Assembly (NCBI RefSeq): GCF_036321535.1
Contig: NC_087437.1
Span: 89,716,001 to 89,780,000 of the forward strand
DNA length: 64,000 nucleotides
From: Camelus dromedarius
Lineage: Eukaryota
Direction of reading: 5' to 3'
The position numbers and the translations under genes were made by a program. Positions 35,825 to 49,700 of this stretch are shown in pieces. The notes under the pieces were generated by a model. The model was not told where the DNA came from. It was given only the letters and a program-made list of their open reading frames with translations, and ran no database searches. How positions within the stretch are numbered: position 1 is the first letter of the stretch; the number at the start of each line of letters is the position of its first letter.

Positions 35825-38800
35825 TTGCTGATCCTGACTCTCAGGCGTCCATCCTCTTGGCTTGTATATTTTACTATGTCTCTGACCATCCTTCAGAAAA
35901 TGTCTTGCATGGTCTGTCCCAGGGCATGGCTTCACGCATACGAAAGGAGGGAAACCTAAGTTAACATCTCAAGTTTTGCATTTAGCCATTTCCAAACAAT
36001 TCATGATTAAGTGTATGTTGATGCCTATAATCCTTGATTACGCTTCTGATAGTGATTTAATGATCTGGTCTGCAATAGAAAAGAAAATCTTAAATATTCT
36101 ATAATGTTCCTGAGGAAACAATGGGTAATACACAGTTTGCGGTAATCTCTTACTATGGGGACAGTATTCCATTATCTTAGGTTAAATAAGTTATGTTTAC
36201 AGTAGGTTTAGAGAAACTGTTCAAAACCCAGTAAACCCTTTATGAAAGAGTACAGAGTAGTTAACTAAATATATGTTATTTTCCTTTATAATTCTTGCAG
36301 AATATGTGGTTTATTGCCTGTATATTTGGAGATAAAATGGAGGAACACAGATTTCTGAAAGGAATGAATCTAAAATAATGATGCTATAATAGGCTAAAAA
36401 CTTATATTCTAAAAGATATTATTTTTATGATGCTTACCTAAGTGGAACTATACAAGCTTTATATTTTCTCACTGCCAAAGGCCACTAGACTATCACAAAG
36501 AGAAAAGAATTTCCATTACTGTAAGTGAAATATTTCAATTCCCAGAACTGTCAAAGAGGAGGAAATTAAAGGATAAGTGTGAACTACTATAATGTGTTGC
36601 ATTGCTCTCTCTCTTAATCAGTGTTTAAGTAGTGTATGATTGCTTAAGATTAAAATGCTTCTTAAAATGAAGAAAGAAAAGGAAAATGTTTTAAAATCCT
36701 TGAAGTCTTTACAGAAAGAAAAGAAAAAAAAAAAAAAAAAAAAGCAAATATTGCCCAAATCCTTTTGAACAAATCCTTCATTCTGTCAAAAGGGAAGGTT
36801 GGAGATCTACATATTACTGAATCAGAACCCTCTGGATTTAATATGAAATTTTAAATTAACGGGGGAAGAGCAATATAATCAGCCTGCAATGACACGGGTA
36901 TATTTTATTTGTCCAACTCCTCTGCAGGGCAGTGCACGGATCTTCAAGACAGTTTGGGAAGCAGCAAGGGCTGCAGAAAGAGACCCAATGGCGAGCTTGA
37001 GAGGCAAGAGATAGTGATTTCACTGTGTTCTAGGGAGGGTGCTCCTTGCACTGTAGACCCTTTTATCTGCTAGGCGGCAAGCTGACTGGGGTGGGAAGGT
37101 AATCGATGGGATAAAACTGTAATTCTGAATAGTGAACGAGAGGACATGGTAGAGGGAGGGGAGAGTAGACTAGAACCAGGAGAAAACCTTTCATGGGAGC
37201 ACGACAAGGAAAGAATTTTAATGGAGTCTGATAAAAAAGTTTTCCATGAGTACATGATATAAACTTCTAACTACAAATATTTGGTAAATTCTACATAGTA
37301 TATTCATAAAGTAGAATATTCTGGGCCAATATGGGAAGTTACTAAGACATATCCATATTATTAATAGCCCAGAAAAACCAGGACTTCAGGTGGATATCTG
37401 AGTTAGAGACGTGACACACACACACATACATTATCTTAGAAGCACTTACAGGGTGATGGTGGATTATGGCATCTGGAAGAAAATTCTAGTTTTTCTACCT
37501 ACAGGATGACTAGGGTAAATAAATAGGTGAATATTTTCTGCAGAGTTGTAATTTTTTAATTTATCTCTAATAAACATCATGTCCTACTATATCCTAGACA
37601 CCAGGTAGTTCCACAGTCAGGTGCCCATGTTTGAGTTGGTCTCATTCACTAGTTCCCTAGGTTCTAAGACTTTTAATAGCATCACCACAGATTGGAATGG
37701 TATCTTTTACATTTCTGCATTTAAAATTCACTAAAGGAGGAGGTTGACTCTTGGAGAAGTTAGTCCTTGAGCAATGACCCAGAAAAGTTTATTCTGTTGT
37801 TTTATAAAAGTGGAATTTCAAGCATTAAATTATTTTGATTACCAATAGCATTTGCCTACTATTTTACTGTTGCCTTCTTTTTAAATTTTTCTGTTAAAAA
37901 CATCTAAATATTAGATGAACCACTGTGTATTTTCTCATAATCTAAAAAAAATAGTAGTGTAAATATTATTTATTTCAATCTCACTGCATAGTTTCTAGTT
38001 TCTGTTGTATGGAAGAAATATTTCATATTTCTCTAAGCAATTCATTCTTTTTTCTCCCTACTTTCTTTTTGGGTGTATTACACATTTACAAGAAGGATAA
38101 AAGGAAAGTAACCATGCATGGCAAGGCCATTTTAATCAAGTCATTCTAGTAATTTCATAACCCACAAGGGTAAGAGAATTATCTAGCTTATGTTTTATAA
38201 TTTAATAATATTCAGGCTTTGATATAATTTTTGTTTAATTGCCTTTAATTTTGGATTTTGTATTTTAAAAAAGTGAAAAAATGGAAATAATTTAAGATAA
38301 ATGTCCTATTCATTATCATTATCTCTTATTTTTGATGGCTTTCTTTTTACACATATATTTTTGATTTTGTTCCCCTTGGCCTCCAATGCCTCTTTTAAAC
38401 CTATACATTTGATTATGTGAAAAAATGTAAATTCCTTCCCGCCCATGATGCTTAATTGTTCTTTTTCAGCTGCCCAGTCATCTAGAACTTCCACTTACGG
38501 TTTTAATTACCGCTAATGTTCTAATGACAATGCTGGCAGAGAAAGAACATTCTTTAGGAAGATTGTTTAAAATTAAAATGACTTGCCCAGCTGGGATTTT
38601 AAAAGAGTTCTTACCTATACCCAGGACTTTTTAAAAAAGTTTTAGGTTGAAAAGGATTAATTATTGGCAGTATGCATTCATTAATTCAATCAGCAAAAAA
38701 AGTACTGATTGACTGCTGTGTGCTGCGTGCTGGGGCTATGAGGAGGGAGCCTTCCTGTGGGGCAAGTTGTCTGTAAACAAATAAGTATAACACAAAGTGT

Positions 38801-39264
38801 TTAGTCCTTATGTGCAAAGAATAATGGTGATTAGACTATTTTAGCTGAAACAAAATGTCACAAGATACAATTTTAGACACCGAAGTTATCACATGCCTCT
38901 TCTCTCTGTTTTCATGCCTTAACATTGCCAGTTTCTAGATCTGTATCACTTTTATTTTTCCATATTCTTGTCCTGACCCATTATACTGAAACATTTTTCT
39001 TCTCTCCATATTTCCTATGAAATAGGAAAACATATTGTAAATTAGGTGACCTTTTTGCAGACAGATTCTGTAACTGTTCAACTGAACAGTACATCTCACT
39101 TGAATATCCATGAATCAATGGGTATTTATTTAATGTCCATTAGTGTGTTACACAGGGTAATGGATGTGGAAGAAGATTAAGACAAGATCTTTGTCTGCAA
39201 CTAGCAATCAGTCTCTTGGAGAGAGAAAAGACAAATACACACATCTCACTGAAGTCTTTAATCT

Positions 39265-39540
39265 GTTTATCTATTCATTCCTTTATGCAGGTAACAAACA
39301 TTTACTGAGTGTCTATTATGTACTTGGAGCTGTTATAGGCACAGTACTTTATCTCCAAGAAAATCAGTTAGCAGGACCAATGAACACCTAGAGGCATACT
39401 TAATAAGCAAACGCAGTAAGCATTTGGTGCACTCTGGACAGAGAAAATGGAAATCTAACTCATTACAGGTGATCACAAAGATTACACCTGGAGCAAAAGA
39501 CCAGTTATTTTGACAGTTACTGCAGTAATGCAGGTAAGCT
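39265..39540 (-). mobile_element. L2 3' fragment
   Basis: attcattc...aacaaacatttactgagtgtctattatgtac is the reverse of the L2 tail. Confidence 0.65.
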
Positions 39541-39569
39541 TCAGACTCTTAGACCCATGTGTTTATATG

Positions 39570-40200
39570 AAATTTCCATGTAGATACATTACAGGAATCT
39601 CAAACTTAAGAAACATGTAAAATAACACATTTACTTAATTCAGCCTCCTCTCTACCCCTGACATACATATACTCTCCCTCATGATTTATTATCTCACAAA
39701 TAGCACCCCAGCCACCTAAATTGTTCAATCTAGAAATTTTTGATTTCTTTCTTTTCTTCATTGCCTATCTTCATAAAATCTTATGGATTTTATAAATTCT
39801 ATTTCCAAAATCTCTGTTTCTTCTGCCTATTCTCATCCCCTCTGTAACTCCCCTGCTACAAGTTTAGTTAGCTAAGTATTACTTTTCTGTTCTCAGGTAA
39901 ATGTATTTCTTAAGATTGTCTTGCCCTTACCAAATTCTCCTTTAGTCTACATTAGTTTTTCCTATTATTCTTTTTCAGAGCACTCAGTCCTTTCTTTGTT
40001 AAGATAACACTTCTCACAATATATAATTACATTTTATTTGGGAGGGTGTCTGGTGAGCATTTACTGTTTGCCTCTGTCACCAGACTGAAAATATACTGAA
40101 AGGAGCAAACACTACTGTTTTGTCTGTAACTATGTACTCGGTTTGGAAAACTCAACCTGGTACCTAAGAGCACTCAATAAATACATTTTAAATGAGCAAA
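39570..40200 (+). mobile_element. L2 3' fragment
   Basis: atctcaaacttaa near the start, caccagactgaaaa internally, and cctggtacctaagagcactcaataaatacatt at the tail. Confidence 0.7.
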
Positions 40201-40886
40201 TTGCTATCAACATTTAAACGTAGGCACTGAAGCCAAAAATGCAAACTTTTCACTTTCGTAGCAACTCAGAGAAAGCCTGTACCAATGTTTTTCACAGTCT
40301 TGACTTTGAGAAGGGAGTCCATGCCCAGGCATTAGAAAAGGAGTGAGGGTTAAGATGTAAACTGGAGGAAGGGTGTTCCGGTAGTGGGCACCAAAAATAA
40401 CTATAATCCACTGAAGGCATATGGTATAAAAGCCTAGAAGAGCAAAGGAGATTCTTATTTGAGAAATGGTGGGAAACAGACCTTGAATGATTAAACAAAT
40501 AATCTGGAAAAGCAGAATGAAATGCTTACCAAACAGGCAATAAGAAGGATTTGGAGCTTTTAGAGCAAGTTGAAATAATCTGAAAAAATATTTTAGGAAG
40601 ATTAACCTAATCCTGATAAAGAAATAAATAAATGCACATACCCAGAAGTACAGAGACCAGTTTTGAAGTGATAGTGGAAAATAATCTGCAGTAATAGGAT
40701 GACATTGGAAATGAACAAACAGGTTTGATTACAGGAAATACATATTTTACAGAAGCAACTGAATAATTTAAAAACCCTGTTTCAGAACGATTTGTTTTGT
40801 TTTAATTTTACTTTTTTAACCAGCTGAACAGCTCACATTAGATATAGTTTAAACTAACTGTACATCATTGTAAATAAACATGGATT

Positions 40887-41436
40887 TGTTAGACAGTTAG
40901 ATTAGTCGGGGCCACTGTGCAGATGGGTGGAGGAGAGGGAGGATGGTCCAGATGATGGTGTTATGCCCGCCTCCAGCATAAAGGGACTTTACTTCTTCTA
41001 AATGAGTGCCAGCAAGAAACCGGTTAGAACCTGACAGCCCCAGCTGTGCATTAGTGAGAAGGACCTAACCAGACATGACTCAATGCTCATTGTAATATGC
41101 TATTGCGTTTTAGGTGTCCCTCTCCATGGGTTTTTCTGTGCATGTCATGGGTGAGGACATGCAAAGGGGACAAACATGACTAAGCATTCCAAGGAAGAGC
41201 CATCAATCAACCAAAAGACCACCTCTACGCGAGGGTGTAAGAGAAAGGGCAGACAAAGACCACTGCTAGTCCGCCTTGGATCAGCCTGTCTCCCTTTTCT
41301 TGGAGGTTTAGTTTCCCTTTGCTAATAAATCCTTTAAGATCTTCTGCTACACAACACTCTCTGTCTCCCATCTGTAATCCTATCTTTCAGGCAAGACAAG
41401 GACCGGGGTCTTTTCCCTTTGTCTTTTCAGGTAACA
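40887..41436 (+). mobile_element. Intact ERV1-class solo LTR (550 bp) with 4-bp TSD
   Basis: Termini TGTTA...TAACA; TSD GATT at 40883-40886 and 41437-41440; AATAAA at 41324-41329. A 4-bp TSD is typical of class I ERVs. Confidence 0.93.
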
Positions 41437-42473
41437 GATTTATACAAACCAGATGACTGGCTTTCGAGTTCCATAATGAGAGGTACACACTTAATTTTTA
41501 ATATTATTTTTGTCAAACCTGAATTTGTATATTCTGTCAATATATGTCTAGTTTCTGATAACTAATTTAAAATTTGCATTTTCCTGTATGACAAAATCTT
41601 TGATAGTAGGATGGTGACTTCAGAAAATTTATATTAAGCTGTGTTTACAGTGGATGTTACATTCACGAAAAATGATAAAGTAACTAGAATAACAGATGCA
41701 GTTTGTTACCTTTGGATGTTACAAAGTGATACAAGATTTGGTCATAAAATCCATTCTATTTACTAAGAGTAGATATGAGTTATTTTACAACCTGGGGATG
41801 TGGTAAGTGGCTGAACTTTCACACTTGTTTGTAAAATGATTCTACGTGAAAGGACAAATAATAGAACAACTGTGAGCAATTTAAGAAAGATCACGCCAAT
41901 AGGGAATCGCAGCTGGGAAGAATCTTCACCTCCCTATGCTTATTTCAATTAACCACAAGAAACAATTGCAAAATGTCACAATTGTCCTCTAGACTCTAAA
42001 TTTAAGACAAGAAAGAGACAGCTCATTCAATTATAAATTTTCTTACCCAAAACAATCCAAACCAGAATTTGATTGTGAACACAATCAAAATATTTTAGTA
42101 TATTTTATAAAACAATGGGCATAAAATGATTCAAAAGTTTACAGGGGAGGAAGGATTTTGAGGGTTACATGGTAAGTGCCATTACATCCAAGTTTTTTGA
42201 AGAGAGAAAGCCTTTCAACTGGATTGAATTAGAAGACAGGCCCCTTTCTCAAAGGATTTCAAATGCCTCTCCTTATGTTGTAATGTCCTGGAGGCCTCAG
42301 CAATCAGTGTTAAGACCACCATGACTCTGACCCGCCAAAGTGACCATATTCCATTCCCAGTGTTTCACAGCAGGCAGCCACATTTGTGCCGAACATAATG
42401 GAAGGAACTGTTGCCTTCACAAAGCTTTCTCAAGACCCTAAGATAAAATTTGTATTTAAAATGAAGCTTCAGG

Positions 42474-42631
42474 GGGATGAGGGTATAGCTCAGTGGTAGA
42501 GTGCATGCCTGGCATGGACCAGTTCCTGGGTTCTATTCCCAGGGCCTCTATTAAGGGGGAAAAATGGACATGATGCCATTATCACATCTAAAAATGAAAA
42601 TAAACAGTAAGTATAAAAAATTAAAAATAAA
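42474..42631 (+). mobile_element. tRNA-derived SINE resembling camelid Vic-1
   Basis: Head gggtatagctcagtggtagagtgcatgc, Pol III A box at 42486-42496, B box ggttctattcc at 42529-42539, A-rich tail. TSD taaaatgaagcttcagg (42457-42473) versus taaaatgacacttcagg (42632-42648). Confidence 0.88.
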
Positions 42632-42879
42632 TAAAATGACACTTCAGGTCATATGAAGCTCTATGGGAATGTCCAGGGTGTGTGTGTGTGCCGGGGGGAA
42701 AAAAAACCTTCAGCATTTGAAGATGCAATAAGTAAGAACTCTATGCAAATCAAAATAATTCAGAGCCACAACAGATACACACAAGGCATAGGATGAAGCA
42801 CCCTGTGACTGGTGCCTTGCATGACAGGAAAAGTGGCATTAGAATAAACCAGAACAGAGAGTTACACATCAAGAGTTTC

Positions 42880-43066
42880 TTCGTGAACCACTACTTGTTC
42901 AGCTGTGACTGACCAGCACTGCGATAATCCCCTCAGCCCTCCAGAGCTAGAGCCTCGACCCACAGCTGCCGGCCACCAGCAGCACTGTCTACTTACCCAC
43001 AATGTGCCATATAAATATTGTCATTTTCTATCCGTGCCTAGACATGAAAACATTTGGGAAGCATCG
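42880..43066. mobile_element. MER112-like hAT DNA transposon relic
   Basis: End tgtgccatataaatattgtcattttctatccgtgcctagacatgaaaacatttgggaagcatcg resembles the recalled MER112 terminus. Confidence 0.6.
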
Positions 43067-44074
43067 AGTTAATGGACAGTAAAATATATCAAGTTTTCAT
43101 TCCTTATTACAGATTCAGTCATCCTTCACGCTCTTGATGGGATTCTGAATTGAAAATACCTTCAGTGTGTCCCAAACTGAAACATCTGCCTGTTTAATCC
43201 TTTCCTTGGTGATACTCTGTGTGCAAGAGCATCTGAGAGCAACATCTCTGAGAAGTCTTGTACCTGAATAAATTCACTGTATTCTTGAGTCTAGTGTGTA
43301 CTAAATTCGGACACATCTTACCTCAGGGAATGTCTGTTAAAGTCAAGCCCCTAAATGTTCCATAGAAACAACACTAACCGAACCAAATCAACAAATTACT
43401 TCCCTAATTTGGAAATCATGATGCTAAATAAATACCTGAACTGGAGAGGATTACACATGATGACTGACACTCAAAACTTGGTGCTTCTGGTGAGTTTACC
43501 CTATAAAAAATATAGAAAGCTGTGTCAACAGGGTTTATTTTTAACTGAGTGTGCTCTGTTCCATCACGTTCTTAAACAAGGTGTGATTGTTGCCAAATTC
43601 TGAAGCTGGAAGTATTTTTCAGGAACAGGTTATTTTGAAATTCAAGATATATTTTATAAGAACGTTGATTTTAATTAAAAGGAATTCATTTGGGGTTAAA
43701 ATTCTTCAGAGAGACTGATAACAAAGTTCAGTAATCAGTGGTATGTATATACTTCCTGAGGTAACAGTAGTTGTTCAAATGGAGAGCAGCATGACTACTG
43801 CTACAACTATAGAGTTCTCTGGAAGCACACAATCATAGCAATCTTTCATAATGCTACTGAGACTGACTCTAATCAGTGAACTGGCCAATAGCATTCCCCT
43901 GAACATAAATAACCACTGGCTCACGTTTAGGTAATGTTACAGAGACACAGATGGCTGGCTGCCTCCTTAAATGCAGGGTCCTCCTACTGTTCTGTGGAAT
44001 TGTCTCTGGGAAGCAGAGAATACATCTCCAGGTCTGCTTTCATCTTTTTCGATTGTATGATTAACTTTTACTAA

Positions 44075-44245
44075 CTGGGCTATGAGAAGTACAGACTGCC
44101 TGGATTCACATCTTGACTCTGCCAACTATCACTGTATAAATTTAGCAGCATTATTTAAATTCTCTGAGGCTCAGTTTTCCCATCTGTAACATAGACTAAT
44201 AAAAGATTCCACTTCTAGGTTGATCATGAGGATAAATAGATAGGC
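44075..44245 (+). mobile_element. MIR SINE
   Basis: cagactgcctggattcacatcttgactctgcca and ttctctgaggctcagttttcccatctgtaa core. Confidence 0.85.
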
Positions 44246-44913
44246 GCCTAATACTAATTACCCATTAAATAAAAATTTTAAAATATTCATAGTTTCCTCC
44301 AGTTATTCTGTGTAATTCCTAAATTTATATTCCAATCTGGGGGAAAATCGTTTAAAAAAATTACTGAATGAGTAAAATAGACAAAGTAACTCACTGAGAA
44401 ATCATTTTAATTTTTTTCAATTATTTTCTTCTAGAAATATTATATGCTGAAAATGTAAATACTGCATAAACCAGAAAGATGTGAAATGCATTTAGCCAAA
44501 AATATATTTATTAAATATGGTAATAGAGGAAATTAGCAAAATCTTTGTAAAGTTACTCCCTAACCTCCTGATCTGTAAGGCTGAGGATGAGAGTTAATGT
44601 ATTAAATACTGAGATAAAAATTATTGATAATTCATTTGGTGTATATACTTAAAATCCATAGTTGTTTCTCTGTTTTTTTGTAGAAGAATGATCTGAGAAA
44701 CATTGATCTTCCTAGTCGATATACTCAGTTTTTATTAACTACCCTAGTCAGTCTAGACTATGCTTTGGGGTAGAGATTAGCTAGTGTGTAATGAGAAAAA
44801 GTCTCACAGGAAAAACAATCACCATTTTGAACAAATCCTATCATGTTCAAGTTAGTATGCTAGAGTGGAAGTTATTAAAAAGTTGGCATAGTGTTAATAT
44901 CAACATGATTACT

Positions 44914-44914
<1 letters not shown>

Positions 44915-44946
<32 letters not shown>
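44915..44946. repeat. (GT)16 microsatellite
   Basis: Perfect run, counted directly. Confidence 0.97.
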
Positions 44947-44949
<3 letters not shown>

Positions 44950-46579
44950 TGTTTCCCTAAGGGACATCAGGAGGTCCTGTAAAGACCATGGTGTTAGTAA
45001 TGGAATACACTATGACTTGCAAATAATATTCTGATGCACAGGGTTCTGGCAACAAAACTGAACAGTCATATTAAGCAAGCAGATCTCATCCTAATATTAA
45101 ATATATCCTGGGAGGATTTGTTTTTATACAACTCAATGTGACAAATGGTCAAAGGGAAAAAATAGGCACACAGTCTTGAATTTGTAATTTCATTATTGCT
45201 TAATTGCAAACACTTATTTACCCTTAAAATTCCATCTTTTTGGCAAAGTATTCACTGAAAACCCTGTCTCTCACTCCCAACCCATGCATTGTGTATTTTG
45301 CACATCTCCAGCTTGGAGAGTACCAAATAGGATCATAAGAAATTGAAGTAACAAAAAAATCTACTTGTTCCTAACTGTCTATGGCTCTGTTGCTCAGTCA
45401 TCCTAGAGTATAGTAGGTAGGTGCTTTTTGTATATTGGTTGAATGATTAAGCAAATGAATGAAGGTTGATTTCTCTAAATTAAGCATTTGGAAATAGAAA
45501 GTAAAATGCAAGGCTAGAAAAAAAATTCTGAAGTCATATTTTTTCACTGAAGATCTAGTAATATCTCTGTTAGTGAGAGATATTACTCTTATGACCCACT
45601 GTGTTTTGCAGTTTGACACCTAATATAAAATACAGGAGTAATAGCAAAGTTTCATAATTCAAATGATCTTGCTGTCTTCCTCTGATTCTTTTTTAGAAGA
45701 AGGATGGCCTGTGATTTCCTCTTCACTTGGAATATCTCTCTTTCCAGTGACACAGAGGAGGATCTGGTATTGCCAGGTCCAGCCAGCCCCACCCCGATTC
45801 CAGCTAGGACCTTGAACCATATGAGTTCAGTTTGAGTCCAAAGCCACCAGGAAAACCTGATTGCAAGACAAAGCCAAGTCAAGAGCCACCACCAACAAGA
45901 CATCCCTGAAGACAGTTAAATATCCCACCCAAATTTCTGACCACAATTTAAAAGTAGCTCTGTTCCTTAAAAATTGCTTTACCATCTCTCCTTATGTATA
46001 ATATACACATAAGTGTATAGGTTACTAATACACTGTGAGAATGATTAGGAGATTAGACTCCCAGCGTAAAGGTATAGATTCTAGATTTGTTTTTCAATAG
46101 TGCTTATTTTATATATAGCAATATATGAAAAACAAACGCCAATTTGAATCACTGATGAACTGAATATTTACTTCAGAAAGTCTTTCACTTACATTGTTCC
46201 AAGTATAATTGAACAGATTATTACTTATTTTCAATTCAGTCCTCCTATTTTTTTTTTCTTCTCTTCATTTTAGGAGTTTTTATTGTGGCTATATCAATCC
46301 CCCTAAGCTAGAGCAACGAACATGATTTTTATATTTGTATGTTTTTATTCTATTTTAAAATGTCTCTCTCTTTATCCATGGGGTTAAAAAAGTAACTATT
46401 ATTGACTGAAACTTGTCAAAGGACCCCTAAACCTCGAGAGGGTACTCTAAACTCATGCTATCAAGTCACAATCTGCTCTTCAGGATAATAAATTAAGTGA
46501 TCTTTTGTAACTGACTATTATTCTGTTACATGAAGAAAAACTTCTTTGAGGCTCATGAATCCCTGATAACCAGATTATT

Positions 46580-46770
46580 TCGTATATTCCTTTCAAAAAC
46601 TCTATGAGGAAGATATTATTAATATTAATACCCACTTTGGAGAGATAAGGAAACTAAAGCTTAGAGAGCTTCATTCCCTGCCCGACATTGCAGCTATAAA
46701 GAGGCAGTCCTGGGACTGGACGAAGAGACTCTGGCTGAGAACCAGAGTCCTTAAACACCCTGTGCCTCCT
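46580..46770 (-). mobile_element. MIR SINE
   Basis: aactctatgagg...cccactttggagagataaggaaactaaagcttagagag is the reverse MIR core. Confidence 0.8.
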
Positions 46771-49700
46771 GGGTGGGTCCAAGTGCGTGGGAAGGGAGGC
46801 AAGAGTGGGAGTGCTTTTACTTCCTAAACTAAGGACATCAGGTTTGTTGTTTTCATGAACTGCCCTGAATATACACACATACAAACGCACACATATGCAC
46901 GCACACACACACAACTGAATCATTTTCTGAAAATACTTCCAATAGAAACTCGTGCTCAAGCCTTATTTTTGGAAAGTTATAAAGCACATTTGCATTAGAG
47001 TTCCTCCTGGGGTTTCAGCTTCTGCTGTTTACCAGGAGCATTGAGGTGATCTTCAGATGTACTGCTGGGCTTGGGAGAAAAGCCAGCTTAAATGTCTATT
47101 AATGATAATCCTGCTTAGAGCTAGTTAACACTTCCCCACCCCATAATTCTACAAGGGTAGAATTATTTTTATATTTTTCTCTTATCTATTAAACTAATAA
47201 GAAAAAGTCAAACTGGATGTTTATTACCTTTGAATGGAATGGTTTGAAAATCTCATATAAATATGTGTTATTTTAAAAAAAATGTGTATTTAAATAATAA
47301 AACCCTATGGGATTAATTTTTAAAGGGCTAATTAACCTTTCACTTCATAATAAAAATTTAAAGAACTACCATATATCCTATTATAAATTCACATTGAGAA
47401 CTAAAAGAAGGGGGTGGAGAGAGAGAGAGACCATATCCTAAGATGTAAAGATAACTTTACAGTTAGGAGGCAATGATTCTGCTTTTATTTTGATTCCATG
47501 TATTAATCTCAGCTAAAAAGAAAAACAAAGTAAATTATCTAAACAAAACGTAAGATTTCTCAGTTTTATAAATGTGATCACAATATAATATTTTGGTTAT
47601 TACTCCATGGCTTTCCAAAATGTATTTTTAAAAAGATGCTTCTAGTTTATGTAAAACCCATGGCAGTTTCCAAAGCCCCAATGATACTAAACATTTCATC
47701 ACAGTCATATGGTTTCCTTTTCTTATTTCCTCTGCAAATGTACGTAAGTACTACTAGTATGTAATTACAGTTCTCCATTTCTGTTTCATACAGAAAGCAC
47801 CTGTAACTAGTGTTGTATGAATGTGTGGTCAGAATTCTATATTGTTTTTTATATTTTTAATCTGCTATTTAATGGCTAGAGATTAATGCTAAATAATTTT
47901 TATCTACATTATATACTCTAATAATTTATGAATTTATGAATATCTAAGGAATCAATCTATAACCATTTGTGAATCATAATCCTGCCTCCGGCAAGAAGTT
48001 AACAGCAAGGGCAAAATCACAACTAAAAGGGACATAAGGATGAATTCAATAAACAGAAGAGAGGTTGAATGAAAACATATGTGACATCCTCTATTTATCC
48101 TCAGTTCCTGAGCAGGGTCTGCAGAGGAGGCGTGGAGAGACATGGATTTCCTACCTTTTTATCTTGCCAAGAAGACATGTGATGGTGCCTAGTATATAGG
48201 AGAGCTTTCCGAAAGAAATTTAGATTTGAGATGAATTTCAGTGACCATGAACAGGAAATGATTTGACCCAGGAAGATAGACCTCATTGATCCAAGTCTAG
48301 TTTTTGCCACAGAGCTTTGACAAAAAAATAGCAGGTGTCCTGGTCTGAAAGGGCGACATTTCCTGAAAGAGAGTTGGGGAAAACAGGCAAATATGGCTTG
48401 CATTCAAGCAGAACATTTTATTTTCTCTATCACTTCAGCTGTTGTTCCCCATCTCCCAGAGGCTGCCCGCCACGATCATTTCGGAAGTCACAACGGATCT
48501 ATTCTATTCAATCCTCTTGTGGGGATGGGCCATTACACCAGAGGTGTGGGACTTCCCAGAACAGATTTTCCTTCTAGTGCTAATTTGTTTTTCTCTGGAG
48601 CAATACGCAGAGGCACTAATCATGATGGCTCATCGTGAATGTTTTCTTGGTAGACTTTTTTTAACCTCTGCAGCAGCTGCAGGGTTGGAAAATACAGGCA
48701 TTAAAGCAATTAAATATAAAAAAAAAATGTAAAAGACACAACATACCAGTAATGTGTATGTGTGACAGAGGGGTTTATTATAGAAAATAAACATATATTA
48801 AAATTAGTTACAAGACAAAAACTGTTGATTTTACAAACTACATGCCCTGAAAATTTTCTAACCCTATCATAAGGGCTTCTGAATAAAAGCATATCAATGA
48901 AATTAGAGAGATCAGAGTCATTTTAAGGTCAATCAAAGGAAGATGTGACAGATTCAGTGACACTGCTTAAATATGAAATGAGGAAGAATTGTATATGCAT
49001 ATATCTTTATTGTTATCTACTATCTTTACTGCTGTATAGTTATGAGTAGAATCTGTGAATCTAAACAAACATCATGCTATTCTGAAAGTTAATTATATAA
49101 TGTGTACTAGAGTAATTCGATGTATTTCCCTGGCCCCACCAATTATCACTCATATGGATTGATCGGGTAAAATTAGAAACCAAGTGTGAAAGTGACAACC
49201 TTACAGGTTTAAGCTTAAAACCAGTATTTCAGGACCGGCTGAAGATAGTGTGAACTGCCTTTAACGATAGGAAGTTTTCCCTAATAGGAATAGCCAAAGT
49301 TTGAGGGAGCATTTGGAAGAATAATATGGAAATTTAAAAATATCAGAAAGAAGGTAGGTCTAGATGAACTTTAAGATCCTTCAAATGCCAGGATTCGTAT
49401 TTTTTTAAGCAAGATGAACTAAACTCATATAGTACTAGACATAGCTCCTTTTCTTCTCTGTAATGCTCTTCTGTTACATTACTCCCCTTTCCCTCCTTCC
49501 CATAAATAATTCTAACCAAGCACTGGAAAATGCATTTAAATATGTGCCAAATGGATGCAATTACCTGCAATGCTCAATTTTTAGTTTTGCAATTGTTATT
49601 TTTTTCTCTGAGGAGTTTCACATTAACAAGGGACTATGGTATAATAATCAATTTAATCAATCCTCTAATTGGCTATTTACTTTTCTTACACTGAACCCCA

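Noticed and set aside
42481..42550. tRNA gene
   Set aside because: The cloverleaf is degenerate, and the A-rich tail and TSD show it is a SINE.
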